Below, piece after piece: positions 63,044-64,000 of a DNA stretch of 64,000 bases. The number at the start of each line of letters is the position of its first letter. Position 1 is the stretch's first letter. The translations under genes were made by a program, and so were the position numbers. The DNA comes from a virus. Its lineage: Duplodnaviria; Heunggongvirae; Uroviricota; Caudoviricetes. Under the pieces are notes generated by a model. That model saw only the letters and a program-made list of their open reading frames with translations. It was not told the origin of the DNA and made no database searches. The stretch is from IMG/VR virus record IMGVR_UViG_2565956614_000003. One strand, written 5' to 3'.

Positions 63044-63937
63044 TTAAGAGGTTGTGTTATAACAGGCTGTTTCTTCAAAGCAATGGGTCAGGTTATTAAT
63101 CACAGGCTCTCCTTTCTCGTGTCTGAGAATAAGAGAACCTCCATTAGTAGACCATTTATCTGAAACAGCGACAAAATTACAGAAGCAGCTACTCCCTGAA
63201 ATTTCTCTTGCAATTCTTATAAAATGAAATGCTCTAACTTCGAGACCTGGAACAATTTGCCCAAGACATTCTCTCATTGAATCTTCATCAAAGTCTCCAT
63301 TTATTATTCCTGAACAGATAAACTCATAATAATTAAGAACGAAGAACATATCATTACCTGCTGATATGTATTCATCATGGACCTTCTTATTTTTTAAATC
63401 TTTATCATTTGGGACAAGTCTTTGTTTGGCAATAATTTCATTTATAGTTTTTCTAAGCCCGAACGCATTCGCTACCGATGAGACTTTTTTGTGAAATAAT
63501 TCACTATTTCTTTGATTCATTAGTGTATTTAAGGTGTGTGATTTTCTTGCGGCTACTTTACTCACAGTAGCCTGGACCCACCACCCAGAACCAAGTAGCA
63601 CAGAACTGATAAGTAAAGCAATTGTGGATTGGTATACATCACCATATAAATAATATAAGATAAATACACTATATAGTGTTACACCAAAGATTAAAGCTAT
63701 AATGGTAATCCCATCGTTTGTTTCTGGATATTTTTTTGCTATCTTTTCCTTTATCGTTATGCTGATAAATACGGAGAAGAACGCAAACATTAAGAATGGT
63801 AAAACTTCATCGAGAGAAAAAGATAATATTTTCTTGATAATATCTTCTCGAGATTCAAATATCATGAAAAAAAGTAATGAGAGAAAAAAAGTTAAGTGAG
63901 TATATTTATGTTTTATGTATTTCTGTAAAGAATGCAT
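63044..63937 (-). CDS. AT-rich hypothetical membrane protein (four N-terminal transmembrane helices plus ~170-aa soluble domain)
   Basis: 297-codon ORF; GC clearly below the window average; lies between the two direct repeats. Confidence 0.65.
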   Translation of the reverse strand: MHSLQKYIKHKYTHLTFFLSLLFFMIFESREDIIKKILSFSLDEVLPFLMFAFFSVFISITIKEKIAKKYPETNDGITIIALIFGVTLYSVFILYYLYGDVYQSTIALLISSVLLGSGWWVQATVSKVAARKSHTLNTLMNQRNSELFHKKVSSVANAFGLRKTINEIIAKQRLVPNDKDLKNKKVHDEYISAGNDMFFVLNYYEFICSGIINGDFDEDSMRECLGQIVPGLEVRAFHFIRIAREISGSSCFCNFVAVSDKWSTNGGSLILRHEKGEPVINNLTHCFEETACYNTTS

Positions 63938-63948
63938 TTTAAATCCTA

Positions 63949-64000
63949 AAAAAATACGCCCATTAAAGGGCGTTTTATTGTTTTACTCAAAACAACCTGA
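63949..64000 (+). repeat. terminator-containing direct repeat, copy 2 (runs to the window edge)
   Basis: AAAAAATACGCCCATTAAAGGGCGTTTTATTGTTTTACTCAAAACAACCTGA. Confidence 0.7.

Overview
This 64-kb window reads as one contiguous segment of a P1-like phage-plasmid (Enterobacteria phage P1 family), reverse-complemented relative to the usual P1 map. Gene names were assigned by recognising protein sequences and synteny from memory; no database search was run. Recognisable blocks in order: Type III restriction-modification (mod, res); mat-like and ref; cre; the immC region (coi, c1); a second immI-like icd/antirepressor module; pacB/pacA with an internal pac site; lpa; phd-doc; humD with a LexA box; hot; about 25 kb of accessory DNA-metabolism and morphogenesis genes (PAPS-reductase-like pap, protein phosphatase ppp, baseplate genes); ban helicase; a tRNA operon (Asn, Thr, Ile-CAU) with plp/upl; dmt; hrdC; a plasmid replicon (oriR-like iterons, RepA, incA-like iterons); parA/parB/parS; head and sheath-like genes; repL; kilA; the canonical immI (icd, ant); and sim. 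Roughly twenty sites match the C1 operator consensus ATTGCTCTAATAAATTT (thirteen annotated as near-consensus), and Chi octamers are over-represented. No rRNA, CRISPR array or transposase was seen. The candidates most worth a second look are: a second, C1-operator-controlled icd/antirepressor module between c1 and pacB; a T5orf172 (GIY-YIG-like) gene between the incA-like iterons and the par operon; an AT-rich membrane-protein gene bracketed by about 50-bp direct repeats after simC; and an array of long imperfect hairpins, one tRNA-like, inside the tRNA operon. I could not find a canonical loxP next to cre.
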